Shown here: positions 30,313 through 40,308 of the stretch, in pieces
Numbering within the stretch: position 1 is the stretch's first letter
Layout: every line of letters begins with the position of its first letter
Assembly (NCBI GenBank): GCA_035262545.1
Contig: DATFSP010000121.1
Coordinates: 1 to 48,019 of the forward strand
Reading direction: 5' to 3'
Source: Rhizomicrobium sp.
Lineage (GTDB): Bacteria; Pseudomonadota; Alphaproteobacteria; Micropepsales; Micropepsaceae
Length of the DNA: 48,019 nucleotides
Translations under genes and position numbers: made by a program
Notes under the pieces: model-generated
What the model saw: the letters and a program-made list of their open reading frames with translations, nothing else
What the model was told of the DNA's origin: nothing
The model's database searches: none

Positions 30313-30422
30313 AGCGAGGCGCGCGTCAGGCGACGCGCTTGTCCATCACTTCGAGCTTCGCCAGCTCGACCGCGCGACAACGCCAGGGACGATAAGAACC
30401 GCGCTTTTGTGTGCGATTGCCC

Positions 30423-30905
30423 TTATGCGCGATGATAAGGGTGGCCCGCGAGAATAGTCATCGCCCGGTAGATCTGTTCCAGCAAAAGCACACGCGCCAA
30501 AAGATGCGGCCAGGTCTGGGGCCCGAAGGCAAGGCTCCGGCCCGCTTTCTGACCGGGCAGGGGCTTCAGGCCATCCGGGCCACCGATCACAAAGACCAAA
30601 TCTTTGGTGCCTACATCGCGCAGGCTTCCCAGCATTTCCGCGAAATCCTCCGAGGTCATTCCTTTGCCCTTGGCATCCAGCAGCACCACATGCGCGCCAT
30701 CGGGCACTTTTTTAGCAAGCCGCTCCGCTTCATCGATCATGCGCGAGGCCGCATCACGCGACTTGCTGCTGCTCGATTCCTCAACCGTGATCTGGGTGAA
30801 ACCCAAATTGCGGCCCAGCTTGATGGCGCGGTCGTGGAATTCGTCACACAATGCGCCTTCGGACGTTCCTCGCGCGCCGCCGATGGCTAGAATTTTGAGG
30901 CGCAT
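30423..30905 (-). CDS. rlmH: 23S rRNA (pseudouridine-1915-N3)-methyltransferase
   Basis: LD.KGK..TSE.FA, FVIGGPDGL, TWPH.LARVLLLEQIYRA.TIL.GHPYHR. Confidence 0.95.
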   Translation of the reverse strand: MRLKILAIGGARGTSEGALCDEFHDRAIKLGRNLGFTQITVEESSSSKSRDAASRMIDEAERLAKKVPDGAHVVLLDAKGKGMTSEDFAEMLGSLRDVGTKDLVFVIGGPDGLKPLPGQKAGRSLAFGPQTWPHLLARVLLLEQIYRAMTILAGHPYHRA

Positions 30906-30911
30906 CTGCCG

Positions 30912-31382
30912 TCAGGCCCGCCTGGGCGAGGCGACGTTCCACATGCCTTCCAGATCGTAATATTCGCGCACCTCAGGCCGGAAAACGTGCACGATCACGT
31001 CGCCCGCATCCACCAGCGCCCAGTCGCCCTGTGCGGTGCCTGTGACCGGGCGGCTGCCATAGCCCTCATCCTTCAAGCGCCGCGCCAAATGCTCGGCAAT
31101 CGCCATCACATGGCGCGACGAGCGGCCCGAGGCGATCACGGCCGCATCGCAGAGCGACGAACGTCCTTCCAAGTTGATGGTGACGATCGCTTCGGCCTTG
31201 TCATCCTCCAGCGAGGCCACGATCCGCTTCAGCAATTCGCTTTGCGGGGGCGGTTTGCGCGGCTTCGATACCGCTTTTCTGGATTTCGGCTTGGCGGATT
31301 TCTTATTGGCGGCTCTTTGGGGCGAAGCCTTGATGGCTTTCTTTTTGACCTTCGCAGCTTTCTTTATGGCCTTGCGTGTCAG
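30912..31382 (-). CDS. rsfS: Ribosome silencing factor RsfS with Lys/Ala-rich N-terminal extension
   Basis: SLEDDKAE.IV.I.L, IASGRSSRHV, DWALVDAGDVIVHVFRPEVREYYDLE.MW. Start placed at CTG 31382 after GGAG (uncertain). Confidence 0.9.
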   Translation of the reverse strand: MTRKAIKKAAKVKKKAIKASPQRAANKKSAKPKSRKAVSKPRKPPPQSELLKRIVASLEDDKAEAIVTINLEGRSSLCDAAVIASGRSSRHVMAIAEHLARRLKDEGYGSRPVTGTAQGDWALVDAGDVIVHVFRPEVREYYDLEGMWNVASPRRA

Positions 31383-31410
31383 GGGCGTATCTCCAACGGA
31401 AGGAAAATAT

Positions 31411-32010
31411 TTACCATGGGTGGCGCGCCGCCCCAAGAGCAAGCGCGCGAAGCCGCGTGGCACTTTCGTGATTGCGCGCTCCGTCCAGTACCATGACGGC
31501 CGGCGGCTCGGTGAGATCGACCACTTTGCCAAAACGCCGTATCAGGGGCGCATTGAGCGACGCGAGCGTGCTGCCAGGGCGTTGCACGACCGCGATGGGG
31601 ATTTTGCGCGCTAGATCCTGCCAGCGCCGCCAGCGCGCGAATTGGGCAAGATTGTCGCTCCCCATCAGCCAAACGAAATGGACCCCCGGAAAGCGCCGCT
31701 GTAAAGCCGTCACGGTGTCAATCGTGTAACGGGTGCGAAGCTTTTTCTCCAGGCCGCTCACATGAATCCGAGGATGATGCTTGGAGATCGCGCACGCGCT
31801 TTCAAGCCGCGCCGCGAAGGGCGCCATGGCCGCATCCCGCTTCAGCGGATTGCGGGGGCTTACCAGCCACCATACGGAATCGAGCTTGAGGCGCCTAAGT
31901 GCCGTCTCGGTCACATAAAGGTGCCCGGCATGCGCCGGATTGAAGGAACCGCCCAGAAGGCCGATGCGCAATCCTTGGCCCACCGGCCCGGGGGAACGAA
32001 TCCACGTCAA
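31411..32010 (-). CDS. nadD: Nicotinate-nucleotide adenylyltransferase
   Basis: GLLGGSFNPAHAGH, WWLVSP.NPLK, YT.DT, FVWLMGSDNL, SATRLR; TTG start after GAGGG. Confidence 0.94.
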   Translation of the reverse strand: MTWIRSPGPVGQGLRIGLLGGSFNPAHAGHLYVTETALRRLKLDSVWWLVSPRNPLKRDAAMAPFAARLESACAISKHHPRIHVSGLEKKLRTRYTIDTVTALQRRFPGVHFVWLMGSDNLAQFARWRRWQDLARKIPIAVVQRPGSTLASLNAPLIRRFGKVVDLTEPPAVMVLDGARNHESATRLRALALGAARHPW

Positions 32011-32014
32011 GCAC

Positions 32015-32158
32015 AAGCCCTCAAGTAGCGAAGCGGTAGGGCATGAGCAAAAGCCCTCAAGTAGCGAAGCGGCAGGGCATAAATGAAAGCCCTCAAGCAG
32101 CGAGGCGATAGGGCATAAGCAAAAGCCCTCAAGCAGCGACGGGCATGAAAGTAACCAT
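32015..32158. repeat. 36-bp tandem array, four copies (one shortened), each an imperfect palindrome
   Basis: Units begin AAGCCCTCAAG(T/C)AGCGA at 32015, 32051, 32087 and 32123 and end ...GGGCAT; GCCC...GGGC arms. Confidence 0.95.
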
Positions 32159-33434
32159 CACGGGCGCGTTTGCCCCGTGCCGCGCACCACATATTTGAAG
32201 GTGGTGAGCTGCTCCACGCCCACGGGCCCACGCGCATGAAGCTTGCCGGTGCCGATGCCGATTTCCGCGCCCATGCCGAATTCGCCTCCATCAGCGAATT
32301 GGGTCGAGGCGTTCCACAGCACGATGGCGCTGTCCAGGGCGTTCAAGAACATTTCCGCCGCGGTCTCGTCATCGGTGAGAATGGAATCTGTGTGGTGCGA
32401 GCCATAATGCTCGATATGCCGGATCGCTGCTTCAAGCCCGTCGACCACACGTACCGAGATGATGGCGTCCAGATATTCGGTCTGCCAATCCTCTTCGCTG
32501 GCCGGCTTGGCGGCGGGGAAGAGCGCGCGCACCGCCTCGTCGCCGCGGATTTCGCAACCGGCCTCCGCCAAGTCTTGCAGAATGGGCAGGCCGTGGCTTT
32601 CGAGCACACCCCGGTCCAGCAGCAGACTTTCTGCCGCGCCGCAAATAGAGGTGCGCCGCATCTTGGCGTTCACCACCACATTGCGCGCCATCGTCAGATC
32701 GGCCTTTTCGTGGACATAGACATGGCAGATCCCCTCGAGATGGGCGAGCACAGGCACGCGGGCTTCGCGCATCACCCGGCCAGTGAGCCCCTTGCCGCCC
32801 CGGGGGACGATCAGATCGATGGCGCCGGAAAGACCTTCCAACATCAGTCCCACCGCGGCGCGATCGGGATTCTTCACATATTGGATTGCCGCTTCCGGCA
32901 ATCCCGCCCCCTTCAATCCTTCCACCAAGGCCGCATGAATGGCGCCGGACGAAAGAAGCGAATCAGAACCGCCGCGCAGGATGGCGACATTGCCCGCCTT
33001 GAGCGCTATCGCGCCCGCATCCGCGGTCACATTGGGTCGGGACTCATAAATAATGCCAATTACGCCGATGGGCGTGGAGACCCGCGCGATGTCGAGGCCG
33101 TTGGGCCTTGCCCAGCGCTTCAACTCGCGGCCATTGGGATCGGGCTGCGCCGCCACTTCTTCCACGCCTTTGGCCATGGCTTCGATGCGCGCATCATTGA
33201 GGGCCAGCCGGTCCCTCATCGGCGCGGGCATGTTATTGACCTTGGCCGCCTTCAGATCGCGCGCGTTGGCCGCGAGGATTTCTGTCTTGTGGTCGCGGAT
33301 GGCGCGCGCCGCTTCCATGAGCGCCTTGGTCTTGACTGCGTCATCGGCTTCGCGCAACGGCCGCGCTGCCTCGCGCGCCGCAGTCCCGATCGCCATCATC
33401 TCCGCCGCCAGGGCGTCATTCTTGTCGTGCAAGG

Positions 33435-33438
<4 letters not shown>
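32158..33438 (-). CDS. proA: Gamma-glutamyl phosphate reductase
   Basis: [76 protein letters not shown]. Confidence 0.97.
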
Positions 33439-35647
<2,209 letters not shown>

Positions 35648-35688
35648 TCATCGTTAGGCGCGCAACACTTTTCCTAGCCGTCGCTTCC

Positions 35689-36225
35689 CTACGCCGCCTT
35701 TTTCGAGAGGAACACCTCTCGCGTCAACAGCATCTCATGGCAGAGGACTTCCAGGCCCCGGGCCACGCAATAGCGCATCTGGCTGCCATTGTGGCGCGCG
35801 CCCAGTTTGGCCAAGACATGACCGGAAGCCGGATTGTCGTGAAACCATCCGGCCTGCAGAAAGGGCGCATCCAGGGTCTCGAATGCGAAACGTGCCACGG
35901 CGCGCGCCGCCTCAGTCGCATAGCCCAGGCCCCAGAAAGGCTTACCCAGCCAATAGCCCAGCTCGTAGCCCTCATCCTCCACATGGAGGCCGATGCAGCC
36001 CAGAAACAACTGGTCGTTATTGCGCAAAATGCAAAAGGAATAATGGCCGTCGCCATGGCGTCCGCGCGCAGCAACGAAATCCTCCGCATCGCCTTCGCCA
36101 TAAGGATAAGGCACGCGCGCCAAGTTGCGCGACACGGCAAAATCGCCCAGCCAAACTGTCATCGCCTGGATGTCAGCGTGCCTGGGTGGACGCAATATCA
36201 GTCTCTCACTCTCCACCAATGACAT
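35689..36225 (-). CDS. GNAT (RimJ/RimL-type) N-acetyltransferase
   Basis: ERLILRP, ELGYWLGKPFWG.GYATEA, DNPASGHVL.KLG; usual position between rpmA and obgE. Confidence 0.9.
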   Translation of the reverse strand: MSLVESERLILRPPRHADIQAMTVWLGDFAVSRNLARVPYPYGEGDAEDFVAARGRHGDGHYSFCILRNNDQLFLGCIGLHVEDEGYELGYWLGKPFWGLGYATEAARAVARFAFETLDAPFLQAGWFHDNPASGHVLAKLGARHNGSQMRYCVARGLEVLCHEMLLTREVFLSKKAA

Positions 36226-36259
36226 GACACGTTCCCTCGCTCCTGTTTGCGAGGGAAAC

Positions 36260-36288
36260 AAAAAAGGGAGATGGCGGACCATCTCCCT
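36260..36288 (-). terminator. Intrinsic terminator after rpmA
   Basis: Minus strand AGGGAGATGG-TCCG-CCATCTCCCT followed by a U run. Confidence 0.78.
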
Positions 36289-36336
36289 CGCATATATGGG
36301 CCGCCAATTTCTTGGCGGCCTATGTCTTCAGCCGCC

Positions 36337-36618
36337 TTATTCCGCCGCCGTCTTGGCCGGATTCGCCGCCGCGATCACGGATACAAAGGTGCGGCGCTTG
36401 AAACCGGTCTTGAAGGCGACGCTGCCGTCGCAAAGGGCAAAAAGCGTATGGTCCTTGCCCATGCCGACATTCTCGCCCGGCCAAAATTTGGTGCCGCGTT
36501 GGCGCACGATCACATTGCCGCCGGCGATCTTCTCGCCACCGAACATTTTCACGCCTAGGCGTTGGGCATTGGAGTCGCGCCCGTTTCGGGAAGAACCGCC
36601 TGCTTTCTTGTGTGCCAT
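36337..36618 (-). CDS. rpmA: 50S ribosomal protein L27
   Basis: [31 protein letters not shown]. Confidence 0.98.
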   Translation of the reverse strand: MAHKKAGGSSRNGRDSNAQRLGVKMFGGEKIAGGNVIVRQRGTKFWPGENVGMGKDHTLFALCDGSVAFKTGFKRRTFVSVIAAANPAKTAAE

Positions 36619-36621
36619 CGC

Positions 36622-36939
36622 TTATTCCTTGCCGGCCGAGATCGAGAGCACCTTCACCTTGGTGAAGTGCTGGCGATGACCGCGCTTCCTATGCGTGTTC
36701 TTGCGGCGCTTCTTCTTGAAGGCGATCACTTTCTCGCCCTGGCCATGCTCGAGAATCTCGCACTCGACCGAAGCGCCCTCGACCAAAGGCGCGCCCAGCT
36801 TGGGCTTATCGCCGCCCAGCATCAGGACTTCGCCCAGGGTGAGCTTGGCGCCCACATCGCCCGCAAGGCTTTCCACCTTGAGGACCGAATCCTTGGCCAC
36901 CCGATACTGTTTTCCGCCGGTGCGGACGACCGCGTACAT
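36622..36939 (-). CDS. rplU: 50S ribosomal protein L21
   Basis: MYAVVRTGGKQYRV, FKKKRRKN..RKRGHRQ. Confidence 0.98.
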   Translation of the reverse strand: MYAVVRTGGKQYRVAKDSVLKVESLAGDVGAKLTLGEVLMLGGDKPKLGAPLVEGASVECEILEHGQGEKVIAFKKKRRKNTHRKRGHRQHFTKVKVLSISAGKE

Positions 36940-36999
36940 GGTCTAATTCCTTGAAACTAAAAGATTTTCCGGAAAACAGCCTTTTCCGGAGAGCGGCGC

Positions 37000-37027
37000 A
37001 CTATACGGATAGAGGCCCGCCCGTCAA
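37000..37027 (-). promoter_or_regulatory. Housekeeping sigma-70 promoter of rplU-rpmA
   Basis: TTGACG-N16-TATAGT on the minus strand about 60 bp upstream of rplU, followed by a TCCGGAAAA/TTTTCCGGA leader hairpin. Confidence 0.75.
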
Positions 37028-37045
37028 GCACGGGGCGCTTTGAGG

Positions 37046-37585
37046 TCATTCTTTCTTTTTGCGGGCCTCAAATCGGGCCAGAACGGCCCCCGCCAGAAGG
37101 ACAAAGCCCACCAGTACGGCCACCGTCTTGGCTTGGGCGAGGCTGACCGCAATTCGGGCAAAAATTTCATCGGCACCGCGTAGCAACATGGCGAATTGCA
37201 GGGCCTTCAAGACCACATCCAAAAGCGCGCCCACCGGTGCCACCATGGCCGCCAGGAGCACCCAGCGGCGGAGCGGGTTTTTGCCGGGCGTGAAACGCTC
37301 GGCCACGATCACGCCGGAGAAAAAGAAGCTCAACCCATAAAGCGGCATCACAAGATAGGAAAAACCCAACAGGAATCCGGCACGCGCGGCATAAGGTTCC
37401 GGCGCCCAGGCGTGGAACGCGATACGAAATTGCGCCGCACTCGCCAGGCCTTCGAGATCGGCAGTGGAAACACCGGTCAGAGATTTGAGCTGAGTGTCGA
37501 GCAAGGTAAGCGCCGCATATGCGATAACGGCCAATCCGGTGGCCCAGACCCAGCCGCGATAAAGCGCCGCCCTGGAAATGCGCAT
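37046..37585 (-). CDS. Hypothetical membrane protein (about 4 TM)
   Basis: 179-aa ORF with four hydrophobic stretches and a basic C-terminus, filling the gap between rplU and the phosphatase. Confidence 0.72.
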   Translation of the reverse strand: MRISRAALYRGWVWATGLAVIAYAALTLLDTQLKSLTGVSTADLEGLASAAQFRIAFHAWAPEPYAARAGFLLGFSYLVMPLYGLSFFFSGVIVAERFTPGKNPLRRWVLLAAMVAPVGALLDVVLKALQFAMLLRGADEIFARIAVSLAQAKTVAVLVGFVLLAGAVLARFEARKKKE

Positions 37586-37617
37586 CCGGTCTCCTGCTCT
37601 GCTATAAGCGCGCCATT

Positions 37618-38238
37618 ATGCGGTCCCCGGGCGATATTCTCTACAATTTCCATTGGGTCGTGCCTGGCGAATGCGCGCGCGCGGCCCAAGCCTGGGCGGG
37701 CGGCGTCGGACCGTTTCTGGAAAAGCGCGGCATCAAAGCGGTGATCAATCTCAGGGGCCGCAATGACGATCTGTCCTGGTGGAGGAATGAGACTGGCGCG
37801 GCACGGGCGCGCGGCATCGCCCATCTCGATGCGATGCTGGATTCCCGCAAACTCCCCACCCAGCCCATGCTGATGCGACTGGTCGAAGTTTTTGACAGTG
37901 CGCCCAGGCCTTTCATGCTCAAATGTTCGGGCGGGCAGGATCGCACCAGCTTCGCGGCCGCGCTTTATCTGATCCATCGCGGCGGCTGGGCGGCGATGGC
38001 AGAGGCCAAGGGGCAATATGCGCGTTTTCCCTATTTGCATTTTCCCAAGAAGCATCAGCGCTGGCTTCGGCCATTTCTGGATTTCGCCGCCGAGGACGCG
38101 GGCGGCGTGCCGCTCTCGCAGTGGACCCGGGACCATTACACCCCCGAACGGCTGAAACTGTGGCTCGACAAAAGCGGGCACGCGCAGAGTTATGCCGGCA
38201 TCTTCGCCATTCCCACCCGCAGCCCGTTTCAATGGTGA
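37618..38238 (+). CDS. Cysteine-based protein-tyrosine/dual-specificity phosphatase family protein
   Basis: NFHWVVPG...R.AQ, GIKAVINLRG, P-loop KCSGGQDRT (CX5R). Confidence 0.85.
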   Translation: MRSPGDILYNFHWVVPGECARAAQAWAGGVGPFLEKRGIKAVINLRGRNDDLSWWRNETGAARARGIAHLDAMLDSRKLPTQPMLMRLVEVFDSAPRPFMLKCSGGQDRTSFAAALYLIHRGGWAAMAEAKGQYARFPYLHFPKKHQRWLRPFLDFAAEDAGGVPLSQWTRDHYTPERLKLWLDKSGHAQSYAGIFAIPTRSPFQW

Positions 38239-38846
38239 CGACTCTGGCACTGCTACCCGGCGTCATGGTGTGGCGGGAGAAAATCTCCCACGCCGGACAG
38301 CAGGACCTTCTTTCGGCGGTGCTGACGCGCCTTGAGATGGCGCCCTTTTACCGGCCGCGCATGCCGGGGTCGGACAAGGAATTTTCCGTCGAGGAAAGCA
38401 ATTTCGGCTCTCTCGGTTGGATCTCGGATAAAACCGGGTATCGCTATCAAGCCAACCACCCGGTGACCGGCGCGCCCTGGCCGGACATTCCGCCCGCGTT
38501 GATGGATTTATGGCGCGGGATCGCCGACGCACCCGACGCGGAATGTTGTCTGGTGAATCTTTATCGTAACGGCGCGCGCATGGGCCTGCACCAGGACAAG
38601 GACGAGCGCAATTTTGCCGCGCCGGTAGTGTCAGTGTCGCTGGGCGACGAGGCCTTGTTTCGCATCGGCGGCGAGACGCGACGCGGACCTACGCAAAGCG
38701 TAGTGCTTTCCTCCGGCGATGTGGTGATGTTCGGCGGATCCGCGCGGCTGGCCTACCACGGCATCGATCGGGTCCGTGCGGGAAGTTCGTCCCTCATACC
38801 GGGCGGCGGTCGGATCAATCTCACTTTGCGGCGTGTGAATGCCTAA
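38232..38846 (+). CDS. alkB: AlkB-family Fe(II)/2-oxoglutarate dioxygenase
   Basis: GWISD..GYRY...HP.TG.PWP.IP, CLVNLY, MGLHQDKDE (HxD), VSVSLG, RLAYHGI, GRINLTLR. Confidence 0.93.
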   Translation: MVTTLALLPGVMVWREKISHAGQQDLLSAVLTRLEMAPFYRPRMPGSDKEFSVEESNFGSLGWISDKTGYRYQANHPVTGAPWPDIPPALMDLWRGIADAPDAECCLVNLYRNGARMGLHQDKDERNFAAPVVSVSLGDEALFRIGGETRRGPTQSVVLSSGDVVMFGGSARLAYHGIDRVRAGSSSLIPGGGRINLTLRRVNA

Positions 38847-38969
38847 CCGCGTTTAGCTGACTGGCCGTGCGGCACAGAACTATTGCCGGGATACGAACCG
38901 CCCGCGAGCAAAGCAGGCAAATTTCTCCACCGGATTGATTTGGCGAAGGCTGTGAATCCGCCGAGCAGC

Positions 38970-39003
38970 AAAAAAAAACGCCCAGCCAATTTAGGCTGGG
39001 CGT
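38970..39003 (-). terminator. Intrinsic terminator
   Basis: ACGCCCAGCC-TAAATT-GGCTGGGCGT followed by a U run on the minus strand. Confidence 0.88.
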
Positions 39004-39118
39004 GAATGCGCCGTTACGCGCCTGGATGCCTGGAGGGGATGACCGGCACCCGCGGAAAACGGGATCCGGCATGCGAGCGGGGGGGCAGAGCCTGCCGGAC
39101 CATACCGTTTTCCGCCTT
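38970..39118 (-). ncRNA. Candidate small regulatory RNA with C-rich loops
   Basis: Two hairpins with loops CUCUGCCCCCCCGCUC and UCAUCCCCUCCA, then a 10-bp terminator and U9; CTTGAA-N16-CATAAC upstream. Ends approximate. Confidence 0.72.
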
Positions 39119-39244
39119 CACGTTATGCTTAAAAGCCACACTCTTCAAGATTATTTACCTCGATGCGATTTTACAAAAAATTCAGCGTGACAGTTGTGTT
39201 TTTGTCATAGTCAAAATCAGTCTTCTTGCCTGCCAGTCAAGGCG

Positions 39245-39565
39245 TTAAGTATTTTTCCTCTCCTCGATCTGCCGTTGAATCTCGGCCTGATGGGCGGCGA
39301 AAACCTGCTCCCACACATCGTCCAGCCAAGCTCGAAGCGCGGCCAGTCCGCTTGGCGCCGCCCGATAGATTCGGCGGGCGCCGATGGCCTCGTCGGTCAC
39401 TAGACCGGCTTCCTTAAGTACCTTGAGATGTTGGGACACTGCAGGACGGCTCACTGGAAGGCCGGCCGCCAGTGCAGCTACCGATCCGGGTCCCACTCGC
39501 AACCGGTCAAATATCCGCCTGCGGGTCGGATCACCCAAAGCGGTCAAAATTTTTTCGTAAGTCAC
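39245..39565 (-). CDS. ArsR/SmtB-family transcriptional regulator
   Basis: ALGDPTRRRI...L..GP.SV..LA..LPVSRPAVSQHLKVLKEAGLV...G.RRIY. Confidence 0.92.
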   Translation of the reverse strand: MTYEKILTALGDPTRRRIFDRLRVGPGSVAALAAGLPVSRPAVSQHLKVLKEAGLVTDEAIGARRIYRAAPSGLAALRAWLDDVWEQVFAAHQAEIQRQIEERKNT

Positions 39566-39568
39566 AAC

Positions 39569-39594
39569 TTACGGTAAGCAACTGCTTACCGTAA
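39569..39594. promoter_or_regulatory. 12-2-12 palindromic operator over the arsR promoter
   Basis: TTACGGTAAGCA-ac-TGCTTACCGTAA perfect inverted repeat, overlapping TTGATT-N17-TACCGT on the minus strand. Confidence 0.82.
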
Positions 39595-39600
39595 ATCAAC

Positions 39601-40230
39601 CTATTTCGGCTTCGGTGTCGCATCCTGTTGCGGGATGGCAAAAACAGAGTCCGGCAGACTGACCCCGGTTTGAAGCCCTGTGAGGGCCACAGTCGTTACT
39701 CCGCCTTGGTTGTCTTTCACCATCCATTGGCGGAGTTCGATGGCCGGGTAGGAAAAGACCAGGGTGATATTGCTCTGGTTGCGCGTGGTGGCGACGCGAC
39801 CGTGGACTATCAAGACGCCAGGCTGCTCTTCGATCCCCGTGATCATGGGATCGTGCCTGAGATCCAGAGCCTGGTTCAGCAGTAGTTCCAGCGGCGTGTC
39901 CGCGGTTGAACTGCGGTCCAGGGTATTGAGCCTGGAATTCTTGACATAGATGTTGCCACCCGTGGCCACGATGAGGATTGGGCTGGGCGGATTATAGGCG
40001 AAGCGCAGGCGGCCCGGCTTGGCGAGGTCGAACTCGCCTTGCGCCAGGTCGCCTTCCGGCCCGAGCTGCACGAAATTGCTCTTCAGAGTGTGGATGGCAT
40101 TGAGATAGGAGGTGAGCTTGTCGAGTTCGGCCCCCTCGGTTTCGTTATAGGTGCCGGGATAGCGCGCGGCTTGGGCAGCCGGCATCGAAAAGGCCAGCAC
40201 AAAAAGGGCGAATATGGCGGAACGGTGCAT
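39601..40230 (-). CDS. lolA: Outer-membrane lipoprotein carrier protein LolA family
   Basis: Signal peptide; YLNAI.TL...FVQ.GP.G...QG.F.L.KPGRLRF.Y.PPSP, TPL.LLL, LRQW.V.D.QG..T.V.L. Confidence 0.85.
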   Translation of the reverse strand: MHRSAIFALFVLAFSMPAAQAARYPGTYNETEGAELDKLTSYLNAIHTLKSNFVQLGPEGDLAQGEFDLAKPGRLRFAYNPPSPILIVATGGNIYVKNSRLNTLDRSSTADTPLELLLNQALDLRHDPMITGIEEQPGVLIVHGRVATTRNQSNITLVFSYPAIELRQWMVKDNQGGVTTVALTGLQTGVSLPDSVFAIPQQDATPKPK

Positions 40231-40308
40231 GATCGGGCTAGTTTGGACTTTTCCGATGCACCAAATCATCTCACTTTCGCCCGCGCAACCGCGTCCCGAT
40301 CTGGTCCC

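Noticed and set aside
32015-32158. 36-bp repeats as a CRISPR array
   Set aside because: Units are contiguous with no unique spacers, and there are no cas genes or leader.
32021-32158. Four in-frame TGA codons as selenocysteine or read-through recoding
   Set aside because: The read-through frame is not the nadD frame, gives no recognisable protein, and no sel genes are in the window; periodicity follows from the 36-bp unit.
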